NCBI GenBank assembly: GCA_004022145.1
Contig: RCNU01000001.1
DNA length: 64,000 bases
Direction: 5' to 3' (one strand)
Origin: Paecilomyces variotii
Taxonomy: Eukaryota
The position numbers and the translations under genes are program-made. The first letter of the stretch is position 1, and the number at the start of each line of letters is the position of its first letter. Shown here piece by piece: positions 23,613-35,724 of this stretch. The notes beneath the pieces are model-generated. The model saw only the letters and a program-made list of their open reading frames with translations. It was not told the DNA's origin and ran no database searches.

Positions 23613-26293
23613 TCAGTTTCTTAGGAACAGCTCTTCTTCAGATTCCTCGCTATCTTCGATGGGTTCGTCGTCGTTCAAGCCCTCATCTCCTGTGACCTCG
23701 TCATTGTCATCCTCATCTGACCTAGTAGACGGTCCTTGGGTCGAGCCGCCGGTGTCCTCATATTTGAAAGTCCTAATTCCCACACATTTCCTGCCAACCC
23801 GACCTATGAATTCGACCGTGTTACTCTCTGGCTGGATTACCTGGCCAATGTGGACTTTCTGCACATAATGATTCTGTCGTCCAGCCCAAGAGTACCTGCT
23901 CCTGACCTTCTTTTTCTCGGGGTGAGGAATATTGGCGAAACTCAACTTCACATCTCCAAGTTTATACACGCCTGTAGCGATGTTAGCATTTCTTGTCCAT
24001 TGCTACTATAGCTCATTCAGCGTACGTGGATCGTCCACCCTAATCGGCGGGTCATCAGCCTCGCTGGCATAGATGGCTACCGTGCCCGCCTCCCCATTGA
24101 CCCCGCCAAGTTCAACGAGGGTCTTGAGCCAAACCTTCTTGTTGGCTTTGGTTGCTGCTCCCTGTTTTCTTTGTTAACATACCATTCCACAAGAGTGAGT
24201 TGACAAGTGCCGAGCAAACGTAAGAGCTGGGAAATGGAAGTAGGTACCTTGATAGCGTGCCAGTGCATCAGTTTGCCTACCCGCTTTCCAATGCCTTGAA
24301 TCTCAAATGCATCTTGCTCCCTGTGCAGTCCTTCGATGAATTTACGATGAACGCATATTCCGTAGCTCCTCCTATTACGCCGGGACGCAACACGTGGTTG
24401 CAGAATCTTCAGGGCAGCTCCCTGGCTAATCGCAGACCATGCATTTTCTGGTTTTATGACCTCTGCTCCCGGTACTAGTGTCTTGCATGCATCTCTGATC
24501 TCATTAAAAACGTAGACAGATTCAGAGAGCCCACCGCACAAGATTATTGTCTTTCAAACCAGGTCAGCAACAAGTATAGGCAGAATTGGTCATGCAAAAA
24601 AGAAATACGTTACCTTGGTTGGCACATTCTTATCCTTTGCACTAGCGGACTTATGCTGTTCATGGATCAGTGCAATAACACGGTCTATGACCTGCCGAAA
24701 CATCGAAGCGAACTCATCTCTGGACGCTGGTTAGAAATAGTTTCGTCAAACGTATTACTTCGTACACCAGGCACTACATACCTGCTTATGATCACTTCGT
24801 TGTAGGCGCGTGCATACCGTTGGCAATTTGCGTGTTTCATATGCAGGCAGACACGAAATGGCCCTTCGCTAACACCGTCGAATTGTCTCTTGAGCTTTTC
24901 AAATCCTGCCATAAATTGACTTCCAGGTCCAACCCGCATGGCAGGTGTTTTTTTAAAAGCGTCGCCAAACGACGTTTCCATCCACATATGGAAGTTGCGG
25001 TCGATAGTGGTGCCTCCACATTTCGCACCTAATACGTATCAGTAATTATTATAGGGTCCTTCCAATCTTGTATGGTCGCATACTTGTCCCGACGCAGGCC
25101 TCTTCGACTGTAAATGGCTTGGTATCGGTAATCTTGTAAGTGATAAGGTCCTTGATCGATTAATAGATGTTAGAGAACTATCAACCACATGGACTAGAGG
25201 ACCGAAAGAAAAGTGCTTACCACAGTGCCTCCACCCATGTCAACCACTATTGAATGAGTATTTTCCTGTAAAGAGCCAATTTTGTTAGTCAATATCACGG
25301 GTTTTATCACTTCGAGGCCTCCCATACCTTGAGAGGACTGTTCAAGCCGAACCTCCTCTGGTAATTATCGAATGCTGCTAAAGCAGCTGCCTCTGGTTCT
25401 GTAACAAGTGTGATTTTGTCATTTGGACGAGTGCCAAAGCCGGCTAATTTGGCTGCGATTTCGATTCTAGCCCTTTCATGATCTTTCCATCCTGCGGGCG
25501 TTGCTAGGACAAAATGTAGTCGCGTCAGTCCAAGTACCGACGCACTGCATTCCATTTTCAGCGTCTCTAAAACATGATTATAGAGACAACGTAAATAGTC
25601 CCGACAAATTTCTGAAGGTTGTTTGCCCGCAACGGTCCGCATAAGGCCTTTGCCGGCACATTGGCGTAACAACGGGTCGTCATGTTCTTCCGTGGCTGCA
25701 TCTTGGACCAAGAGCAACTTGAACCAGGTAGAAGATTTCATCTCTCCTCCAACTTGATATCCCCAGCGACAAGGCGAGTTCGGCGTTTCGTTGTCATAGG
25801 AGATAGTGGACGGAACTTTATCGTAGTTCTCGCTGAGTCCGGGCCAGTTACGCATCACTTTCACTAGACCTACGTCGTCTGTCGAGTTCACTGTGCTAAT
25901 GCCTAGACAAATATATACTGTAAGTAGAATGAGCCAAATAATTAGAATAAGATCCCTGACCTGAGAATGTTGTTCCAAAATCGACGCCGACGATCATAGA
26001 AGTCCGTTCTGTTGTGGAAGAGCTAGGAGCACTGGTGGAGGGTGAATCGCTATTTTCTGCTATAGCAAGAGAAAGAAAGAGTGTCAGTGCGGCTTCCTGC
26101 AGCTCTTCTGGAAGTTTACCTTTTATAGCCTTTTTCGCGCCCTTGCTGCGACTCTTTGCCTTTCTCTTTGCCGGGCTGCTTTCTTCGTATTCTTAGAATG
26201 TGCATGTCTGATGTGCCATTATGAGGGAAACTTACTAGGTGTATTTGGGTTGGTATCTTCCAGGTCATCAAGACCAACCTGAAGACTGGGCAT
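23613..26293 (-). CDS. Atypical Hsp70 (HSPA12-like actin-fold ATPase), about 11 exons
   Basis: IVGVDFGTTFSG, KVPSTISY, WFKLLL, TPAGW, EPEAAA, VVDMGGGTVD, CGGTTIDRNF, ILCGGLSES, WSAISQGAA; no canonical substrate-binding domain or EEVD; frame intact through all predicted splices; exon 1-2 junction uncertain. Confidence 0.88.
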
Positions 26294-27101
26294 GCTGAAT
26301 CTTCCGGGTATGATCAATTTGTAAGTATCCGCTAAATGCCCAGGTTAGAACCGAAAGCAAGATAAGGCGAAAACAGAGGACGTCGCAAGCCGCTACATGA
26401 GGTATTGGCGAATTAGTTATAGAGATGGATAACTATGAAGGGTAGCACTGGATGATCAGAAACTTTGCGCGAGATAGGAGTGATAGGACAGTGAGATACA
26501 TCAACGATGTAGAGTGAAAGGAGAGAGGAGTTGAGTGAATGATATGATATGGGGGGTAACAGAAACATAAGAACTACTTACGACGACGAGTAACCACCGA
26601 GACCACTCACTAGGACTCACGGACTGCTTTGAACCTTTGGCCTGGTGTAATCGCAGTGTGTAGATAGATCGAGGGTGGCAGAATTGAAAGTAATCAGCTA
26701 GGACTTCGGATATCCTTCAAGAATAGAAACAGTGGTTGCCTGTGGAGAGAGCTTTATTTGTGTTCCTCCAACTTCACATCAGCTCATCTGTAACTTGATG
26801 GCCTCCCACGGACCTCACTCGACCGCCTGAACTGTCGCATGTTAACTTAGGACTCGGTCTCCCCTTCTGACTTTCTTCGAAAACTGATCTACAACCCACA
26901 GGGGAAGAAGTCTGCAACAGTCTACGTCTCTACATAGTTGATACAGACAACAAACATATTACAGCATATTCCTAGAAGTCCCCATACCTTACGAAATACA
27001 TATCTCGAGGTACTCAACGTCCCAAGCCTTATCATAATACCATCGATACTGACCTTCCTCATGCATAGCCCTCGCTTTAATATAACATAATTTCCACAAA
27101 A

Positions 27102-28602
27102 ATGGCCAAAAAGAAGCATGAAGTTTCATCAGACCCTAACTTCGCGGACCCTGAGTTCATTCCTTCGAATGACGCGACAAAGAAAGCTAGAACTGCGAAA
27201 CGCAAAACTCCAGCACGGAAGAAGGGTCGTCCTAGAAAGACGACGAAAACGAAAACGAAGGAAATTCTCAGATCAGAGGGTATAAAAGCCAGGAAAGATG
27301 TGAAATCCAAGAACCAGGAAATAGAAAAGCTGGAGGATGAAGTCCGAGTATTGCGAGCCGCTTTACGGGAGAAATCAACTGACGAACATGCCATCGATGA
27401 CAAGGCAATACAGAACAAATTCGAAGATATCATCACTGGTGCTTACAGCTGGACTCGAAATTACTCATGTGATTGTCCAGTGTCTGAACAAGTAGTAGGA
27501 CATCTGAAGGAATACGCATTGCTTTCAAACCCAGAATGGCTGAATTGCCGCGAAGAAGACCTAGTTGAAATGGCTCGCCTTCCGTTCGGCTCCAATATTT
27601 TTCTGAACGCTTTGCTCATGAGATTCCTCTACGAAAGTGTTATTTTCAACCCATTTGCTGCCCCGTCTAAGAGCCTCATCCAGGGAAGAGCTATATTGGA
27701 AGATAACTACACGCCCGGGCCGCCCAAGTTCTCCATGATGCTCCAACAACTCGCAGGACAATTCAGAAATAGTGAGATATGAGATACCTGCATTAGTATC
27801 CCAGGAGGTTAACTAACACACATAAGGCGACAGTTATGGAGCAGCGAAGTGGGTTTCCCATACGCTCAAAATGATCTATCCATCACAAGCCGGGTCCTTA
27901 GATTACCAGAGAACATTGCGTTCGCAGAAGTTCTACATAGATAGCGCCCATGGATTCTTTTCCAGCTTGGGCGACTGTCTGATTCGAAAAGACATAGATG
28001 TTAGCAAATCGAAGGCAGAGTTGATTTCGCTACTCAAGAAGGCAGACGAGCTCCGCATTGACATCTGGAAGCAATCTTTTGACATCCGTCCCCATCTCCT
28101 TGGCTCAATAAAACTTGGGGAAGGCTTTCAGCCAGATTCAAATATCATGCAAGCCCATTGCTCCGTCCCGCAAGATCTAGCTCCAGGAGCGCGCTTGTGG
28201 ATGGCCGTCACCCCCGCTGTGGCTGCGTACTGGCTCAATAGCGTTGGTGAGGAACAGAGTAAGGTCTGGGCCAAAGCTGTGGTTTGGGCTGGCAATCCCA
28301 ACGAAGTGGAAATGGTCGAAGACTCGGATGAAAGGCCAGACGAGATATCAATTATAGATATCGACCAGGATAGGCTCGAGACGAAGGGGGAGTCGGCCAC
28401 AGACCCGAAGAAGAACCAGCCGACTGCTACTCTTCCTGAAGTAAAAATGGAAAGCATCGAGTCTTCTGATAGCTCTACAGTCCCCAAAATGGAAGATGGG
28501 CCAGAGCCAGTATCGAAAGGATTTATGGAGGGACTCGTCGACAAATCAGTGAAGCTGGAATCCGAAGACCCCATACAAGTAATAGTCGATCTCAAGGCAT
28601 AG
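27102..28602 (+). CDS. Uncharacterised coiled-coil protein with AT-hook-like N-terminus and GrpE-like C-terminal motif
   Basis: Two exons (intron 27772-27826); RKKGRPRK; coiled coil KNQEIEKLEDEVRVLRAALREK; GEGFQPD..MQAH..GARLWMAVTPAV..KVWAKAVVW; acidic tail. Confidence 0.75.
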
Positions 28603-29150
28603 ATCAGGGGCTATCTCGTCCGCTCATGGAGGTAAAGACCGAAAGCACCTTTTTGCATGGAAAATTGCCGCGCGGGCGACACGATGCCACTCTCTCAAAT
28701 CACTTCAACCTTCAAGCATTCCATTCCAACTTTGTTAGCAAGTCAAGACAAGCTCAGACTGCACGGGATGTTTTCTTGCAAATACCTTTCCTGCACTTAG
28801 GGACTTCCAAGATCTGGATCCTTCTTTTTCTTATCTTGCTTTTGATATTCTTATGGAAGGGCCCTTGTATCTAGACTGAAAATTGGAGGTAGAAAATATT
28901 AGCCTGCTGGGCCTTTATTACAAGAAAGCGTTAGGAAATAATAGATAAACAACTTCAGAAAAACTTCCTTAGGATACTTAAGGTCCACTTTAGATGGAAA
29001 TACAGTGTACATGGACGTAGATAGACAGGTGGCATTGCATTAGACAATTCATTACTTTTCTTGAAGCGTGCTTGAATCACAGAAAGCACACGTCGTAGTG
29101 CAAGGTAAGTATACATTGATGGATACACTATCTCAGGAGCCTGTCCATAA

Positions 29151-29178
29151 GACCATGTATGACCATGTATGACCATGT
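29151..29178. repeat. Tandem repeat (GACCATGTAT) about x3
   Basis: Read directly. Confidence 0.75.
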
Positions 29179-29541
29179 CGTAGACGCCCTTTCTCGTTTA
29201 ATTGGTTCTCATATTCCCACAAGAGGACACCCGGCTCTATATACCGTTGAATGGCTGGTCCACCAAGGTTATAGCCTGTGAAGAATCGTCGAGCCATCTC
29301 TCATCTATCCTCCCTATTGTCTTCGTCGGTCGAGCAGATTCAATGCAGACCCTTTTTCAAGGACGCAAATGCAACGCCCGTAAAAGGCGCGATTACCATA
29401 TACCCAGAATCTCCCTCATCATGAGAGCCAAGGCAGCTATATGACGATTTGCGTAGGAATGAGAACGTCTGGTCATGATTCGTCAATGTTGCGAGATATC
29501 ATTACAACCTGCAAAGCACTTTTCGCCTGGGCCTCGTGCAA

Positions 29542-30908
29542 TTAAGCTCCACCAAGAATACCCGATATTCTCAAAGCCACGTCCAGAATTGAAAGTTGTT
29601 CATCCGAGCCGTCAACGAGCCGCTTATCCATTTCTGAAAAGACCATGACGATTTTGTTCTTCTGGATGTCGGGAATAGCATCATTGAAGACTATCCGGCG
29701 GTACAACTGGGACTAGTCAGCAAAAATCCAACAGCATCAAACGAAATATTAATATACATACCTGAGTGAGAAGCTGTGTGGCACTCCACCCGTCAGCCAC
29801 AATATCTGTGACAACAGCAGCGACTGCTTCGTATGCAGATCCCATCTTCTTGGGCTGCATGGCCTGCGTCAACCTGTCGAGGACACCCTCAGGGACGACC
29901 CCAGCGATTTCTTCCACCATTCTGACAGTAATGAGTTCCGATGATCCCGCATCTACCATCTCTGCGTCCTCATCCCCATCCTTCTTACCAGAGCCGCCGG
30001 TGTGCCCAACCAGTCTAGCAGCACTCTGCAAATACGTAATTGCTCTTCGAAGATCACCCTCACTGCATTGGAGCAACTTCTCAACAACCCCATCTTCGAG
30101 ATTGAGCTTCTCCGCGTTGGCGATTTCAGTCAATCTGTCACCTGCAGCGCCACCATCAAGCGCCTTGAACCGGAACTTGCTACATCGACTAGCGAGCGGC
30201 TCAATAATTCGCGTCACGTAGTTACATATCAGACAAAATCGCGTAATGCGACTGTACGTTTCCATTGTTCGACGGAGCGCCGATTGTGCATCTTGGGTCA
30301 TGCTGTCCGCTTCATCCAAAATGATAAGCTTAAATGGAGGGCAGGGGTATTGTTTGAGGTACTCTTCGTCGATTCCTGCGGGATGTGATAGTTGCGTTCG
30401 TGCGAAATCTTTGATCTTTTCTCGTACGATGCCGATTCCACGTTCATCCGAGGCGTTCAGCTCGAGGATACGCGTTCGATATAGGATGGGTCCGAAGAGC
30501 GATTTCGCGAGGGCAAGGATCGTAGATGTTTTACCAGTTCCGGGAGGACCGTAGAAGAGCATGTGTGGAAGCTGCAGCACTTAGTACGGCTATAAATTAT
30601 GACTTCAGATGAGGTAATAGGGTACATTTGAAGCTTGCAACGTTCTCTGAAGTATTTTTGTTGTATGATCCTGTGCCGCGACATCATCTAGAGATTTTGG
30701 CCGGCTGTTGAGGAATATCCAAGTCAGTACGCCCTAGACATCGACAAGACGAATATTCTCTTCATATGTAAGATAGAACTTACTATTTCTCAACCCAAGG
30801 CTGTAAACGCGACTGATCCTCCTTGTCTCCAGGCTTGTGCTTCGCGCTGCCCGCCGCCGCCGCCGCAGCTGCAGCCCGAGCCTTGTTATTGAAGAAATTA
30901 GATGCCAT
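29542..30908 (-). CDS. RFC2: Replication factor C subunit 2
   Basis: [58 protein letters not shown]. Confidence 0.95.
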
Positions 30909-31043
30909 TGCCACGAACCCAGTCTTCTTCAAATCTCGCGAAAATAGAAGACGAAACAAGGAAGTCTTAAGCTAGGCGGATTTTGGAGCGACGTACCCTG
31001 GAGTAATGTCGCGCAAGCTCGAAGCCGAGAAGTTCTCCGCAAG

Positions 31044-31068
31044 ACGCGTCTACACGTGATACGCGAAA
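31044..31068. promoter_or_regulatory. MCB/SCB-like cell-cycle elements upstream of RFC2
   Basis: ACGCGT, CACGTG and ACGCGAAA within 25 bp, about 140 bp upstream of the ATG. Confidence 0.55.
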
Positions 31069-31322
31069 CCACTTTACGCCAACGCCAAGAGGATGGCCTA
31101 CGAAGTACCTACTCTAGAAACAATATGGGATTCATTGACACCTTGAATAATGAGACCACTCATCTACTACATTTCTATCCTATGAATAACTAGAATCATA
31201 CAAATGGGACAAATGAGACAAATGTTTCACCAAAGGCTGTGGAATATTACTAGCACACAATGGTATCAAAACATGCTTTTCGCTAAGCATGAAGAAGACA
31301 TTAGTTATTACTGGCATGGAGT

Positions 31323-32638
31323 TTATAGTTCGTCCTTCCTCGCCTGTCGTTCTGCAGCTTCTGCATCTTCATACATCCTCTTCTTCGGATTTCGAGGCAT
31401 CTCTTCTTGTCGTTTCCTCTCCTCAGGCGAGATGTCATCGACATTCGTCTCCTCCTTCTCTTCTGCTTGCTTTTGGCTATCCTCAACCATCTGGCCGACT
31501 TGCTCAACGACACTATCAGGGTTTGAGGGCGTTGCAAAAGCAGTGCCTTGTTCCCAAATAGCCTCTCCATTTCCAACGCTGGCTGTGACATATTGTCCCT
31601 GGCCAGAACCAACAGTGGGTATCGCCATGGGCGAACTACTGCTTATCGCAGCAGATGAAGAGAGCTGAGCCCCGGCACTAGATGCGCCAACAGCTCCCAG
31701 AAGCGTTAACGTAAGCCTGTAAAATAGCTTGATTGGAAGCCATAGGATCCACCATAGCGGACCATATAATAACCGCCGAAAGACGAGCCAAGTAATTGTG
31801 CCGATCAGGATGTAAAATGCAGTCTCGAGGTACCACGTGTCGGATTTCTGAGACCGAAGGAGAGAGTTCACGAGAGTTCTTGAGGAAGAGAGCAAAGTAT
31901 CGAGATTAGTGTATGATTCCGACAGAGATGATAGAGCAGCAGTCGATTGTTCTATCATCAAACCGTTAGCAGGTACTCAACTCAACACCATTTTAAGGAA
32001 CGTACCTAATGTTTGCTGTGCGAATTGACTTCTCGACAACTCAGTCTGCATCAGCTGATATGTTCTCCTTAATGCTAATGTAACATCGCTCGAGGCATTC
32101 ACAACCAGGTCATCCTGCGTAAGTTTCTCCGTCGGCTTCTTACGCCCTTCAGCATCACGCGGCTTCGCTAATAAGAGTTCCCTCTCCTTCCGCTGTGCAG
32201 CCTCCGCATTTCGCTTCGCTTGTAACTGAGCAGCTCGGAACTCTCCTCTTGTCCTGTGCAAGGGCCAGTAATATTAGCACTGCTGCGCAAAACACCTCTC
32301 CAAGATCAAGAGACATGGCCATACCTCTTAAGATCCTCATCCAGCCTCTTAGTCATAGCGACCACCCTCTCCCTCTCCGCCTCTTTATCTCCAACATCAA
32401 CTCCCTTCCTTTTAGTCGGGGCAGACTCCAGCGCATCCACGTCAACCTTCAATAACTCCAGCTCTTCCTCCGTCACCTTCAGTCGAGCATGTATTTCCGC
32501 CCCAAGCTCCAGACGAGCCTCATCTCCTTGTCCAATAGCAGCAGTGAAATTCCGTAAGCGATTGATGAGAGGATGAACCTGGCTGACCGCAGCTGAGAGC
32601 TCTTTGAGCTGTGTTTGTAGAGCGAATACAGAAGCCAT
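31323..32638 (-). CDS. SEC20: ER SNARE Sec20
   Basis: ASSDVTLALRRT..ELSRSQFAQQTL..STAAL SNARE helix, transmembrane segment, C-terminal KDEL. Confidence 0.9.
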
Positions 32639-33276
32639 GATGTGTGAGCTGTACTGTACGACGCATACGACCTTCTGTCGCAGAAAGGAAGTGTATGAAA
32701 TGGTATAGCTGCTCTTCCTAAATAAGTATTATAAACAGTTCTCTCTCGTCAACGGGGTAGAAAAGACCCATCAAGGATCGAACAAGTCGTAATCGCAGAC
32801 ACGCACTGCGGAGTTGGCCTTAACTAAACAGCGTCATCGGTCTCGGAGCTGTAAAAATACACGTATTGTTTCAGGCCAGTTACGTGTTTGCATCTCCGAC
32901 AAACATCCCAATCCGCATCTCGAAAAGTTTCCCGGAGGACCGCGCGAACTCCCGCGGAGAGATAGCGACGGTCGAGATTATTCCTACGAGGTTGGATTGT
33001 TTGGTTTCCTCTGTCTTTTTCTTCGTCAGCTGGATAGCGTGTGCACGCATTGCGACTTGGGAGTGTACTTTCCTCCAGACCAAATATTCTACTGAGGTGG
33101 ACTACGAGGTAAATATGCACCACTCCTCAATCAGGCCTTCATACATCGATTGGCACCACGAACACATCTGAAATTAGACGAATTGGCATATACAATTCTA
33201 ACAAGCATTCTCAGGTTCTTAAGAAAGTCCCCATAACCACCATATCGATCCCACCAACCAACAATCAACCATCACA

Positions 33277-33597
33277 ATGACCATCCCACTCCAAACGATC
33301 ACCTCGTTCCGCACGACCTTTTCCCCCTTCTCCCCTCTCTCCCGGCCGTGCCGTCTCCTCCTCGCTCTGATTCAGAATCCCACTACCGCTCCCGCCAGCA
33401 GCGCCTCACACATCGACATCAAAGTGAAACAGCTGCCGCGAAACTCGACGCAGCTGCCCGAGATGACGGTAGGCTTCAAGGGCGGAAAGGAGATCAAGCT
33501 CGAGGTCGGAAAGCGCAAGTTGAAGGTGGGGGATGTGATTGAGGAGATCGCCCGTGTCGCGAGAGGTGTGGAGAGAGAGGAGAGTCTGAAGGGCTGA
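33277..33597 (+). CDS. MRPL44: Mitochondrial ribosomal protein mL53 (MRPL44)
   Basis: TTFSPFSPLSRPCRLLL..P.MTVGFKGGKE..EESLKG; 106 aa. Confidence 0.8.
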   Translation: MTIPLQTITSFRTTFSPFSPLSRPCRLLLALIQNPTTAPASSASHIDIKVKQLPRNSTQLPEMTVGFKGGKEIKLEVGKRKLKVGDVIEEIARVARGVEREESLKG

Positions 33598-34271
33598 GTA
33601 GGTCAATTGTGACTCTCTTTGAAGCTACAGTTCCTCTTCTTTTGTGTTGGGTTTGAATATGGCGTCTAGGATGTTCAAGCGCTGTTGATTTTCGAGAGAG
33701 AAGGGACCTATATATGGCAGTGAGTGTATGAGGAAGCCGATACCATGCGCAGAAGAAGACGGTGAGAACAAGGGTCTCGAGATGAAACTCCTGGGTTCCA
33801 ACGATGAAGATGAAATATGTGGCTAAATCAAGGTATCGCGGATAGGATGATACCATATTAAACACAACATACCATGTCCTACAATATTTGTACTATACGT
33901 TCAAGCATCATGAATAAAAGATTACTCCAAAAAACCCATAAAGACGCATTTTTGACGGCAATTTCATCGACAATCATGCTCTTCCAATGATTATCATTCC
34001 CCGCACCAATTACAACGCTAGACCAATGTGACTTACCTATTTCTTTCTACAGTGAAAGGAAACTCGGTCCAAATACATATGGCCAATGACCAATTACGGT
34101 ATATCTTTTTTCCACCTCCGTTCTCCCCAAGTTCCCGAGCCCTATAACTCGTACTCATATATGTACTATGGAGAACAATATAGACGAAATACAGATTACG
34201 AAAGAGCTAGGCTTCTTGGATAATCAGAAATGGGTATTGCTTTTTTAGAGTTTGCAAAACTTCGAAATGTT

Positions 34272-35724
34272 TTAGACGGCAGCACCAGAGATGAAGAACC
34301 ACTTGTCAACGCTGCCATCAATAGGGGCCGGGGCAAGGTTCTCGCCCTTGGGGATGCTGGCAAGCTTGCTCTGGTCAACACGGTCGGGAGAGCTCTCGTT
34401 GGTGACGTTGGCCCTGTTGTAGAAATTAGCATGATGACGATGATTGTTTTGGCTATCAATAAGCAACTTACAGGCTGATCTCGCCGCGGGGGGTCTTGCC
34501 AGTGATGAGTTTCTCCCAAGCATCGGCGCATTCGCGGATGACCTCAGTGGCATACCTGGAAACATAGCCGTTAGTCTTGTAATGGAGGTGAAATGAAGAC
34601 ATGGTAAGACGAACTTCTTGTTCTTGCACTCGCCGGAGAAGGCGAACTGGTTCTCGGGCTTTCCGTCGGGAATCTTGTAGATACGGAACCACTCGTTGGT
34701 GGCACGGAGCAGACCGGGGAGGTGACGCTCGACGTCCTCAACGTCGTTCAGCTTGGGAGCAAGAGGGTCGTTGATATCGATGACGATGATCTTCCAGTCG
34801 GTCTCCTCCTCGTCCAGAAGGGCCATGACACCGAGGACCTTGACCTGCTTGACCTGACCGGTGTAGCCAACCAACTCACCGATCTCACAGACGTCCAATG
34901 GGTCGTTGTCACCCTTGGCCTTGGTCTCAGGGTGAACAACGTTGGGGTCTTCCCAGGTCTATCAAGAAATAGCATCAGTATCAGACATTACAGGATTTAT
35001 TGTATGTCGAAAAAAATTAACAAGGAAGAAGAAAAACAAAAGTGACCGCGGGGCACTTACGCGAGGGAAGGCACCGTAGTTCCACAGGTAACCCTTGTGG
35101 GGGAAGCAGTTACGAACGTAACGAAGCTTGCCCTTCTTGGTGTCCTGCTTGATAGGGTTGAGGAACTCCTCCTTGGAGATCTAGACCGAGTTATTAGCAC
35201 CCATATTCGACTCCGGGAAAACATCGGACACCGATGCATCGTCCATGGCGGGAGAATCGTGTCGGGGCAATCCGTACCTCCTGCTTGGCGTTGGTCCAGC
35301 GAGGGATCTCGACAATCATGTTGAGGACAGTCTGCTGCTCGTTGGCATAGAGAGGGATGTCGTGGAAGGGCGAGACTGGGACTCCATCCTTCTCGATGTA
35401 GACACGGTAGTCCAGCGTGTGCGGCTGGCCAACCTTGCGGACGGTGTACGACATTTTGGGTGATTCTGACGACGCGAAGTGTCTCGACAGAAGAGCAGCG
35501 CGGTTACGAGTTGAAGAGAGAGAGAAGGAGGGAGAGAGGGGAGAAGAGGAGGAGAGGGAGGGGGAGGGGCGAGCGGTGGGCGTGGTGGGGGGAGCCAGCG
35601 TTGCTGATGTGCGAGCGAAGGCGGTGGACACGCAGCGGGAGGACAACCAACACGGTCGGGTCAAGGGAGCTCGTCGCAAAGCCAATGCCAATCGTATCGA
35701 GCCAGAGCTGGCAGCGGCGGACAT
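34272..35724 (-). CDS. IPP1: Inorganic pyrophosphatase with an optional N-terminal presequence
   Basis: [57 protein letters not shown]; second ATG at 35454. Confidence 0.95.

Noticed and set aside
32814-33171. Overlapping 70-100 aa ORFs between SEC20 and MRPL44
   Set aside because: No coding features; divergent promoter or 5' UTR
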